Positions 27,189-34,814 of a DNA stretch of 64,000 nucleotides are shown piece after piece. Made by a program: the position numbers and the translations under genes. Source of the DNA: Bdellovibrionaceae bacterium UBA2339 (lineage in GTDB: Bacteria > Bdellovibrionota > Bdellovibrionia > Bdellovibrionales > JAMPXM01); the NCBI GenBank assembly GCA_002344785.1, contig DDUL01000006.1:2534-66533 (forward strand), read 5' to 3'. The notes beneath the pieces were generated by a model, which had not been told where the DNA came from, searched no databases, and saw only the letters and a list, made by a program, of their open reading frames with translations. Position 1 is the stretch's first letter. Each line of letters opens with the position of its first letter.

Positions 27189-28493
27189 TCACTGAGAAGC
27201 CGGAGCGCGCGCCGCCTCAGACTTCGCAGCCTTCTTTTGAGGCGAGGCTTGCCTTTGCGCCTTCGGTGCAGCGGGAGACTTCATCTGGATGGCCTCGACC
27301 GTCTCGCCTTGCGGACCAAACCAGACATCGACGACCTGCACGGACTTACCCTTGACGATCGCCGTACTTCGCTCGCGAAGTTCGGCGCGCGCGGCAACCG
27401 GAGTCACGATGTTCTTTTCATACTTCAATGAAATTTCCGTCAGCCCCTCGTCGGCCAAACTCTTAAGCTCTCCCGGATCTGAAACGCCGTTGGCGTTCGC
27501 GTCGCGCCAGAGCAGAAGCTTGCCGTAATTTTTGTCCTTCGAACTGATCTTTCTGTCTTTGTTGGAATCCAGCTTCGCCAGCGCATCAAAGCCATTGGCG
27601 ATCTTTCGCGACTCGTCCTCACCAAACAGCTCGTCTTTCTCCGAAATTTTGCCATCACCGTTTCGATCCATCGCCAAGATGGCCCAGTTTCCTGCCTCAG
27701 GCCAGTAGATGCTGCCTTTGGTGGGGCTCAAAGGAAAGCGGCTCACGGAAGTGAACTGCGGTCGCTCGTCGCCAAAGAAAACCATGATCGGCGAGAAGTA
27801 TCCGCCACAGAAACCGGTTTGCCCGGGGAAGGCCGAGCGAATTTCAAGTGAAGAGTGATCCGAGCTCAAAGCCCAAGTGGTTGACGACGACAACGGGCCT
27901 GTGTTGGCCATGTAAGTGCCGCCACTCACTCCTTCTTGAAAGAACGAAATCGAGCGAACTGGATGCGCCTGCGCCTTGATGGTCACTTCACCTTTTTCGG
28001 AAAGCGATTCTGTCACGCGAATACCGTCAGGGATCACCATGCTGATCACATTTCCCGCACGCGTGGCCCGAAGACCTGAAGTGCTCAGACCCGTCGCCGT
28101 AATCGGCACGCTTTGCTCGGTGTTGTCAGCCGTTGGAACGACCAAATCACCTTTGAACTGAACTTCGACCGACGCATCTTTGTCGTCGTTGGTTTTCAGA
28201 CCAATCGTCATCTTCACATTCGCATCGGGAGAAAGTGGATTCGCCACACTTCTCAAATTAGTGCCGAAGCAAGATGCATAGAAGCGCACCTGCAACGTCT
28301 TGGTCGCGTCATAGCTTCGCGCCAAGCTGCCATTCATGACGATGTCACTCATGTTCGCCGAAGGCGCCGGAAGCACATCACCGGCCCAAGATTTTTGACT
28401 GAAGTAGAATGAGGCCAAGAGCCCGGCGCTCATCAAGAAAAAGCGGAGCCAAACCATGCCACGCGAATCGATCGCGACTTGCACTTTCGCCAT
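27189..28493 (-). CDS. secreted protein with three EF-hand-like Ca-binding loops
   Basis: Start at ATG 28493 (GGGGGA SD 5 nt upstream) with signal VWLRFFLMSAGLLASFYFSQKSWA. Loops are DRNGDGKISEKDE, DSNKDRKISSKD and DANANGVSDPGELKSLADEGLTEISL...VDVWF. The C-terminus is a Lys/Ala/Pro-rich tail. Confidence 0.7.
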   Translation of the reverse strand: MAKVQVAIDSRGMVWLRFFLMSAGLLASFYFSQKSWAGDVLPAPSANMSDIVMNGSLARSYDATKTLQVRFYASCFGTNLRSVANPLSPDANVKMTIGLKTNDDKDASVEVQFKGDLVVPTADNTEQSVPITATGLSTSGLRATRAGNVISMVIPDGIRVTESLSEKGEVTIKAQAHPVRSISFFQEGVSGGTYMANTGPLSSSTTWALSSDHSSLEIRSAFPGQTGFCGGYFSPIMVFFGDERPQFTSVSRFPLSPTKGSIYWPEAGNWAILAMDRNGDGKISEKDELFGEDESRKIANGFDALAKLDSNKDRKISSKDKNYGKLLLWRDANANGVSDPGELKSLADEGLTEISLKYEKNIVTPVAARAELRERSTAIVKGKSVQVVDVWFGPQGETVEAIQMKSPAAPKAQRQASPQKKAAKSEAARAPASQ

Positions 28494-28521
28494 ATTGTCC
28501 CCCACGTCGCTTTCCACGAGC

Positions 28522-29493
28522 CTAAGGCCGTTTTCGGAAAGTGACTTCATAAGAAAGAATAGCAAGGTTCGTCGCTCGCCGACGAATTATCAGTTGCTCA
28601 ATATCGACACCGACCACCATGGGCGATTGAAAAGCTGAATTAGTCCAAGTACTTCGCACCAATTCGTAAGTTCCTTTAACAGACGCGCGTTCGCGCAAAG
28701 TGTATCGAACTGGTACAACTTTCGTCGCCATCATCATCACCGAAGCACCGCCCACAGGAGGCGCGAGTCGTAAAAACCGATCGGGATCCTGAGCCGAGAC
28801 TTGATCAATCGGAAAACGATAATCAAACACCCCACCCAAATTATTGGCGAGCAAGGTGTTGCCATCGTGAATGCCCAACCAAGATGGCTGGCGAGGCGGA
28901 ACTGTGGGGTCTTGGGTTTTGCCGGCGGGCTTCAACCACACAGGGGCAAATAACAAAAAGGCGTCGCCCTTCACCCAATGCGACCCAAACAGATTTTTCA
29001 TATAATCCAAGTACTGAAAGCCGCGAAACTCCAACTTCCCTGAAGTTCCAAGCGCCGTGGGCGGCTGACTTAAGTACATCGCGGCCGGATCGATCATCTT
29101 AAGTGGCGCATCTGTCGGCGAAGTCAGAAACGTGACTTCCTTAATCTTGCTGGTGGGAGAAATCGTCAAAGTTCTGGTTCGCAAATTCGTCGGAATGTTG
29201 GAGATCTCCGCATCCATATACAGATCAAAGAGATCTCGCCCCTCATCGTCCTTGATCGTCAGTGCCCCAAATGAAAGTGCAGCCTGACTCAAGTCGCGCC
29301 ACAAAAACTGGTCGATCACCACACCCGTCATGCGATCTTCAAGCTTGGCCGTAATGTTGCGAACCCGCTGTGTGTTGTCCAAAAACATATACATCAGAGC
29401 CACGACCACAATGAGGCCAATTCCAGTGGTCATCACCACTTCGGTGAGCGTGACGCCTCGCCGTGACCTGATCGGCAATGCGAACTTCATCAT
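28522..29493 (-). CDS. prepilin-type N-terminal domain protein (PilW/GspJ-like minor pseudopilin)
   Basis: 323 aa. N-terminus MMKFALPIRSRRG|VTLTEVVMTTGIGLIVVVALMYMF has Gly-1, Glu+5 and a hydrophobic helix. Its start makes an ATGA overlap with the upstream gene's stop. Confidence 0.7.
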   Translation of the reverse strand: MMKFALPIRSRRGVTLTEVVMTTGIGLIVVVALMYMFLDNTQRVRNITAKLEDRMTGVVIDQFLWRDLSQAALSFGALTIKDDEGRDLFDLYMDAEISNIPTNLRTRTLTISPTSKIKEVTFLTSPTDAPLKMIDPAAMYLSQPPTALGTSGKLEFRGFQYLDYMKNLFGSHWVKGDAFLLFAPVWLKPAGKTQDPTVPPRQPSWLGIHDGNTLLANNLGGVFDYRFPIDQVSAQDPDRFLRLAPPVGGASVMMMATKVVPVRYTLRERASVKGTYELVRSTWTNSAFQSPMVVGVDIEQLIIRRRATNLAILSYEVTFRKRP

Positions 29494-29936
29494 GAACCAC
29501 CACCGATGATGTAAGTGTAGTCGCGAGCCTCTTCACCGATTGACGGATGCTTGATGCGAACTCGTAGCCGGTAAGCACCCGGCACGAGCGCGTGGGGCTG
29601 CAACACAAAGCCGAGTCGACCCGCGCAATCCGGACACTGATCGACAGGCAATACGCGATCATCATCCCAGGCCCAAGGCAGCTTTGCCGGGTCCAAGAGA
29701 TTTGAAACATGCGTTTCCGATGTGTCGAAGTTCACCTGATACGAAGGCGCGTTCTTGATGATCGTTTGCAGCACGGACTGTAGGGCCTTTTCTCGACCCC
29801 GCGTCGCATTCACTTTTGAAGCTGCACTCAGCGTGGTCTGCGCCGAGGAGATCATCACGAAAATGGCGATACCCGAAATCGCCAAGGCCATAAGAAGTTC
29901 AACCAAACTCAATCCTCTCCGCGAGCGCCAGTTCAT
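29490..29936 (-). CDS. prepilin-type N-terminal domain protein (small minor pseudopilin)
   Basis: Start at ATG 29936 (MNWRSRRG|LSLVELLMALAISGIAIFVMI, Glu+5), with an ATGA overlap to the upstream 870-aa gene. The longer ORF-track start (30089) is rejected. Confidence 0.75.
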   Translation of the reverse strand: MNWRSRRGLSLVELLMALAISGIAIFVMISSAQTTLSAASKVNATRGREKALQSVLQTIIKNAPSYQVNFDTSETHVSNLLDPAKLPWAWDDDRVLPVDQCPDCAGRLGFVLQPHALVPGAYRLRVRIKHPSIGEEARDYTYIIGGGS

Positions 29937-32548
29937 AGCACCACCTCGCTGGAGAGAAACTTGATCTTGAGCCGCTGCGGTCGGCTCTTGCACGACGTGG
30001 CCGAAGCTCCTGGCAACAATCCACAGTCCGGATCGACGGTCGACCATTGCATAGGATTGGACTTGTCGCGCAGAGAGATCGGCAAACAACGGTACTGATC
30101 CGCCAATCGACTGAGATTGGGATAGGGATGCCAGAGCGGATTGTTGATATCAATGCCCGGGCAAGCGCTCGTGGTGCCATACAAAATTCCGAGTCGGCGC
30201 AACTCATCGATCGCCGACTGATTGTGAATGGAGCTCATCGTGATCCCGTGCCGCAGAGCCGAGTCATCAATGACCGAATTGAGCGCAATAATGGTCCCGA
30301 TGATTCGAAGCGGCCGATCCCGAGGCTCGATGGTCAGCAAGTCGCAAGTGAAAAAGCCCGCGACGACCTCGGCCGAGGCTTTGATTCGACACTCCGTCAC
30401 CGTGGAGTAAATCAAGAAGTCGCGCTTCGCCACCGGCGTCGCACTGGAATTGGCCGCATCCAATTCGAGGATGCCGTCGATGGGTCGATATCGCCACGAG
30501 TGCCGACTGGCCGCCGCAAAGGAAACATCCCAGGCCACTGGCGAGAACGAGCTCACCGGCGAACTTGGCGCGCAGGCTTCGTTCAAGGCCGCGTAGTCTT
30601 CGATGACATCCAAAGTTTCCGGAGGCACAGGAAGTTTGCCATCGGTGCGGGCAAAGCTTGTGGGCACGCCGTACTCTTTTTCGATAGTTCCAAAATCATA
30701 GGCGGAGTTACTGTCTTTATAATTGAGCGTGAGTGCGTTGTTGTAGCGAGATTTCGCCGGCTCTTTGTTCAAGTCGCGATTCTGATGGCCCTTGCTGAAC
30801 CCCACATCCAAGCCCCAGACTCGAGCGCGAAATCCCGTCAGCATGTTGAACTGATTCTCAACGCTCACCCTAACATCCACTTGATGCGGCTGATCCTTCA
30901 TATTGAAGACGACTTTAAAGACTTCAATGCGGATGCGCGGCGGATCCTTCTCGGCGGCAATCGCGCGATCGCGAAGCACCTTGAGATCATTGATCTCTTT
31001 GTTGATCGCGTTGATCTGCTTTTCCAAGGCCTCAGCCTTTTTGGGATCCTTTTCGTCTTCGAGTTTGTCTTTGAGTTTGTCTCGATCCTCTTCAAGGTCA
31101 TCAATGCGCTTGATGTAAATGTCTTTGTCCAAAAACTTCGGCGTCAGCACCACCGAGCCGCCGCGCCCTAAGTCCACGCGGACTCGCGCATTCTCGGCTT
31201 TGCTGGGATCCTTGGCGTATTGCTTCACGTAATTTTCATTGAAGCTTTCGATCTCGACGGTGGTCACGTAGTCCCCGCCTTTGACGATCGTCGGCTCCTG
31301 AACATGCGCGGAGTTCCCTCCGCTCTTATGATTGTGATCCACTTTGTGAGGCGTGGTCTGCTCACTGAAGAAATTCAATTCGGTCCAACTGAGTCGGAAA
31401 GTTTCCTGCGACATGTTCGAGGACATCGACTTCCACACCAGCGAAGAGTTGTCCGTCGCCGACAAATTGCTCAGCACTTGGTTTCGCCGAATGCACATTT
31501 GCAGAAGCGACGGATCCGGATTGTAGGCCGGGATGTCGCCGATCAAGGCCTGCAGACCGCGATCGAACTCACCATCTCGCTCCACGCCCGCCAACAAACC
31601 CGAATAGCCGCGAATCGAGGCGAAGTAGTCGTCTCCGGCGCCGCCAGCGGTTTGCGTGGCAAATGGCTGATCACCTCGGCGCAAGATGCCATTTCCAAGC
31701 ACGAGTTTTTCGACAAACGTCGCCGTCGGCGTGCGAAGTTCCTTCTCGATCGGAATATGCACGTCACGATTCACATACACGGGACTTTCAAAGCGAATGC
31801 CCCGCACTTGCGAGCGCTCATAGCCGACAACGGGAAACACATGATTGCCCGGCTTCAAATCCAAGGGCACGGGGCGATCCAAGTACAAATCGCGAGGCAA
31901 AATGAGCGTAAACGCCGATAGCTCTCGTGGCATGACCGCAAACTGCGTGACCAAAGTGACCTTTCGTTCTTCGGTACTTTCCGCATCGGCGATGGTGCCT
32001 GTGACCGTCAGCCGCACATAGCCCTCGCGCCCGCGAATCGGAAGGCGCAAATCCGACGTGCGCTGCACTTTGATTTCGAGTTTTGAAAGCTTACCGGCAC
32101 CTGACTGTTGCAGCGCCGAGGCCAAAGGATGTGAAACAGGAAGCGCTGAAGGCGTCAGTACCGTTGAGAATTCATCCAGCGTCACCGGGCTTCCCAATTT
32201 CAAATCGGGATTGGCGACCTTCAATTCATTGATGTAGGCCACCTGCGGTGGCGTCAGCAAAAGTCTTTCCGTGCTGCGAGGATGATCGAGCAAGCAAATC
32301 TCATCGCGCACCCAATTGTCCGTAAAGCACCAGCGCCGCTTCATACCGGCCGCGGTGTAATTCGCGACACTTTCCAAAACCGCTCGCGACAAAATCAAGT
32401 CGCTTCCGCGCTCGGCCGTATTCTTCAACGACGTCATGGTCTGCAACATCATATTGCCCGCGAAGATCGCGACGCCGGCGATCACCACAACTATCGGCAA
32501 CACATTGGCACGTTTGGATTTCAAACTCGCACGCGCCGCCTCGGTCAT
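29933..32548 (-). CDS. large envelope protein with pilin-like N-terminal anchor (PilX_N-like) and central charged coiled coil
   Basis: The 915-codon ORF is open from TTG 32680. I place the start at ATG 32548 (MTEAARASLKSKRANVLPIVVVIAGVAIFAGNMMLQTM...), which is uncertain. It has a single N-terminal hydrophobic helix without the G-x-x-x-x-E prepilin motif. A KED-rich segment IKRIDDLEEDRDKLKDKLEDEKDPKKAEALEKQINAINKEINDLK is present. It is the first gene of the pseudopilin operon. Confidence 0.6.
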   Translation of the reverse strand: MTEAARASLKSKRANVLPIVVVIAGVAIFAGNMMLQTMTSLKNTAERGSDLILSRAVLESVANYTAAGMKRRWCFTDNWVRDEICLLDHPRSTERLLLTPPQVAYINELKVANPDLKLGSPVTLDEFSTVLTPSALPVSHPLASALQQSGAGKLSKLEIKVQRTSDLRLPIRGREGYVRLTVTGTIADAESTEERKVTLVTQFAVMPRELSAFTLILPRDLYLDRPVPLDLKPGNHVFPVVGYERSQVRGIRFESPVYVNRDVHIPIEKELRTPTATFVEKLVLGNGILRRGDQPFATQTAGGAGDDYFASIRGYSGLLAGVERDGEFDRGLQALIGDIPAYNPDPSLLQMCIRRNQVLSNLSATDNSSLVWKSMSSNMSQETFRLSWTELNFFSEQTTPHKVDHNHKSGGNSAHVQEPTIVKGGDYVTTVEIESFNENYVKQYAKDPSKAENARVRVDLGRGGSVVLTPKFLDKDIYIKRIDDLEEDRDKLKDKLEDEKDPKKAEALEKQINAINKEINDLKVLRDRAIAAEKDPPRIRIEVFKVVFNMKDQPHQVDVRVSVENQFNMLTGFRARVWGLDVGFSKGHQNRDLNKEPAKSRYNNALTLNYKDSNSAYDFGTIEKEYGVPTSFARTDGKLPVPPETLDVIEDYAALNEACAPSSPVSSFSPVAWDVSFAAASRHSWRYRPIDGILELDAANSSATPVAKRDFLIYSTVTECRIKASAEVVAGFFTCDLLTIEPRDRPLRIIGTIIALNSVIDDSALRHGITMSSIHNQSAIDELRRLGILYGTTSACPGIDINNPLWHPYPNLSRLADQYRCLPISLRDKSNPMQWSTVDPDCGLLPGASATSCKSRPQRLKIKFLSSEVVL

Positions 32549-32899
32549 CGATCGCACGAATCCGAGGAGGACCGCTGAGCGCAAACGGCGCGCTTCAGCT
32601 CGCTGCTTGACGCGTTGATAAACTGCTGAGTTCAAAGCTGCTCCCCAAATGCAAATACATGCATTCGGACCCGCCGCCAAACGAGTCCACGTTCGACCTG
32701 TCCCTCTATCCTATGCATCTCTTTGCAGGAGGAAAACCCTACGACTCAAAATAAGACTCGACCTTCGTCGCAAGAGCCATAGAGCACTCGGCGGCCCGGC
32801 CTCGGGGCCTGATGTTTGTCTCTTTCATCGCCGTGAACGCAATTCGCCGCGATTTACCTTGGCGGCTTGAAACTTTGCCCGCTAGCTTTGAATCTCAAA

Positions 32900-34207
32900 A
32901 TGAAACAAGCCACAATTTCTCCATATTCCAAGACCTCTCACTTGGCGCGAATCGCAAGTCACGCGGCCACAGTCTTCGTGCTCTCCGCCGCAAGCTCCGC
33001 CCCAAGTTCATCAGCAAGCGGCGCGGAAGTCGCGCCGGAGTTTCAAAGCTTCCCCACTTGGCGCGCGATGCAACTTGCGGATCCGCGACTCATCGACTCC
33101 GAATACCAAAGCGACATTGAAGCCTACGCCGAGTCGCCACTTCGCCGCTCATTCCTGAACAACAAAAATTTCTTTTCCGTCTCTGCGGGCAGCCTCTCCG
33201 CGACACAGTTCGACTCACGCCTCCAAGCCCAACTCAAGACGCAGCTTTCTGATCGCTACGAGTTTCGCTTTCACCGCGTCGAACATGAAAATTACGAAGA
33301 GGCACTTCGCGCAAGCCTCATCGAATTGGCCTATCGACTGGATCAAGAGTGGTGGCTCTCCGCCTATGGCAGCTTGGAGCGATTCAAGAAAGAAGACGAT
33401 CTCGGCGTCGCCTTGATTTGGCGACAGCAAGACGCCTTCACGAGCGGCGCAAGCAACGATTCATCATCTCCCCACGAAACCTTGGCGCAGGAATTCCGAC
33501 TCTTCGCCACGCAAGTGGACTTCACACGCTCGGAACGCAGCGACTCCGGCGACACCTTCGCGCAAGGCAAAGCGCCTTGGTCATTCGGCTACGTGTACCG
33601 CACGCCCAACTTGGAAAATTATCTTCGCCGCGAAAGCAAAACCGAGTGGATCTCACCTGCCGACGACCGGCGCATGACCCACGAAAAGACCGCCTTCGGT
33701 CACACTCAGCGCGATTCCAACCGAAAGCACGCTGTGCGACTCTTCGCCGATCGCCTCACGCAAAGTCTCACCACAATTTCCAGCGCCACAACTCGAAGCC
33801 TTCGTCGCGATCGCCTCGAGGCTGAATACCGTCGTCGATATTCGCTCGAGGCCACAGGCTCACAAATCGAAGTTGGCCTCAGTTGGGTGCGCCGAGAATG
33901 GCAAAATGAGCTTGATGCACGCATGATTCACACACAAACATCGCCGCTGATCTCTTGGCTAGAAAACGGCGACTCTCCCGGCTGGGAAATCGCTTACGGC
34001 GGCACTTGGTTTCGCGCTTCGGAAGATCTGAGCTTGGGCGCCGCCAATTTGAAGTCAGCAGCTTGGGAGTCTCGATTGAATCTTCGTCGCCTCATCGCAT
34101 TTGATACCCGAGGCCGCCTGGAACTTGCGCTCACATTCGATCTCGATGGCGGCGGCGAGTTCGGAACCTTCGAAGGTGGCCACGGACAGTTTGTCGTGGA
34201 GTTTTGA
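32900..34207 (+). CDS. hypothetical secreted protein, probable outer-membrane beta-barrel
   Basis: Start at ATG 32900 (MKQATISPYSKTSHLARIASHAATVFVLSAASSAPSSSASG). The body is beta-rich with many short alternating segments. The C-terminus ...GHGQFVVEF has the terminal-Phe OMP signature. Divergent from the pseudopilin operon. Confidence 0.5.
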   Translation: MKQATISPYSKTSHLARIASHAATVFVLSAASSAPSSSASGAEVAPEFQSFPTWRAMQLADPRLIDSEYQSDIEAYAESPLRRSFLNNKNFFSVSAGSLSATQFDSRLQAQLKTQLSDRYEFRFHRVEHENYEEALRASLIELAYRLDQEWWLSAYGSLERFKKEDDLGVALIWRQQDAFTSGASNDSSSPHETLAQEFRLFATQVDFTRSERSDSGDTFAQGKAPWSFGYVYRTPNLENYLRRESKTEWISPADDRRMTHEKTAFGHTQRDSNRKHAVRLFADRLTQSLTTISSATTRSLRRDRLEAEYRRRYSLEATGSQIEVGLSWVRREWQNELDARMIHTQTSPLISWLENGDSPGWEIAYGGTWFRASEDLSLGAANLKSAAWESRLNLRRLIAFDTRGRLELALTFDLDGGGEFGTFEGGHGQFVVEF

Positions 34208-34292
34208 ACTGTGGTGTTTTGAACTGCGGTGTTTTGATCTGTGAGGTTTTGATTTTGGGTGCTTGGAAATGCGGAGGATTGATCTGTGGAGG
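34201..34292. repeat. six degenerate tandem repeats of about 15 bp (TTTTGAWCTGYGGWG-like)
   Basis: Units: ttttgaactgtggtg / ttttgaactgcggtg / ttttgatctgtgagg / ttttgattttgggtg / cttggaaatgcggagg / attgatctgtggagg. The array begins on the stop codon of the 32900-34207 gene. Confidence 0.75.
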
Positions 34293-34347
34293 ACTGATCG
34301 ACAAAGATCCGCAGGCCTACGCGCACTCTTGGTTTGGTTTTGGGCAT

Positions 34348-34531
34348 CATCCGCGCTGGCGCGGGTCACGGCGCGTTGTTTGAAGTTCGCCGTTGAGAGT
34401 TGGTGACGCGCAGAACTCGGACCTCATCCGCGCTGGCGCGGGTCACAGTGCGTTGTTTGAAGTTCGCCGTTGAGAGTTGGTGACGCGCAGAACTCGGACC
34501 TCATCCGCGCTGGCGCGGGTCACAGTGCGTC
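34348..34531. repeat. 77-bp tandem repeat, 2 full copies plus a third copy of about 30 bp
   Basis: The unit catccgcgctggcgcgggtcac(gg/ag)(c/t)gcgttgtttgaagttcgccgttgagagttggtgacgcgcagaactcggacct starts at 34348, 34425 and 34502. Copies 1 and 2 differ at only 2 positions. Confidence 0.9.
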
Positions 34532-34575
34532 GTGTTTCACCCACCGACTTCCGACAAATGATTACACCGATATTT

Positions 34576-34682
34576 TGGCGCCTGCTCGCGACTGCACAAT
34601 CAAAGAGGGCGCAGAGGCAGGTTCCGTCCAACCTGCCGCCACTTCAGTGGCGCCTGCTCGCGACTGCTCGCAGAGGCAGGTT
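34576..34682. repeat. direct repeat pair (tggcgcctgctcgcgactgc ... cagaggcaggtt) whose second copy abuts the tRNA-Cys 3' end
   Basis: The 20-mer occurs at 34576-34595 and 34648-34667. The 12-mer occurs at 34612-34623 and 34671-34682. Between them lies a perfect hairpin GGCAGGTT-ccgtcc-AACCTGCC (34616-34637). Confidence 0.85.
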
Positions 34683-34755
34683 GGAGGTGGTAGAGGGATT
34701 CGCACCCCCGTACGCGGATTTGCAGTCCGCTGCCTAACTCCTCGGCCATACCACC
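34682..34755 (-). tRNA. tRNA-Cys (anticodon GCA)
   Basis: The reverse complement folds by hand. Acceptor GGTGGTA/TACCACC, 3-bp D stem GCC/GGC, anticodon stem GCGGA/TCCGC with loop CTGCAAA. The T arm is GGGGG-TGCGAAT-CCCTC (one G-U pair), the discriminator is U as expected for tRNA-Cys, and CCA is encoded. Confidence 0.9.
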
Positions 34756-34814
34756 GTTAGACTTGGTCTCGATCAGCTCCGGGCAAAACAACAAAGAGCT
34801 GGGACCTTGAGTCC

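Noticed and set aside
33994-34369. Minus-strand ORFs (118 and 104 aa) with a QNT/QSS-rich low-complexity translation
   Set aside because: They are produced by the 15-bp tandem repeats and overlap the 3' end of the OMP-like gene. They have no start context and no motif.
34348-34531. 77-bp repeats as a CRISPR array
   Set aside because: The units are directly abutting with no unique spacers, the period is far too long, and there are no cas genes in the window.
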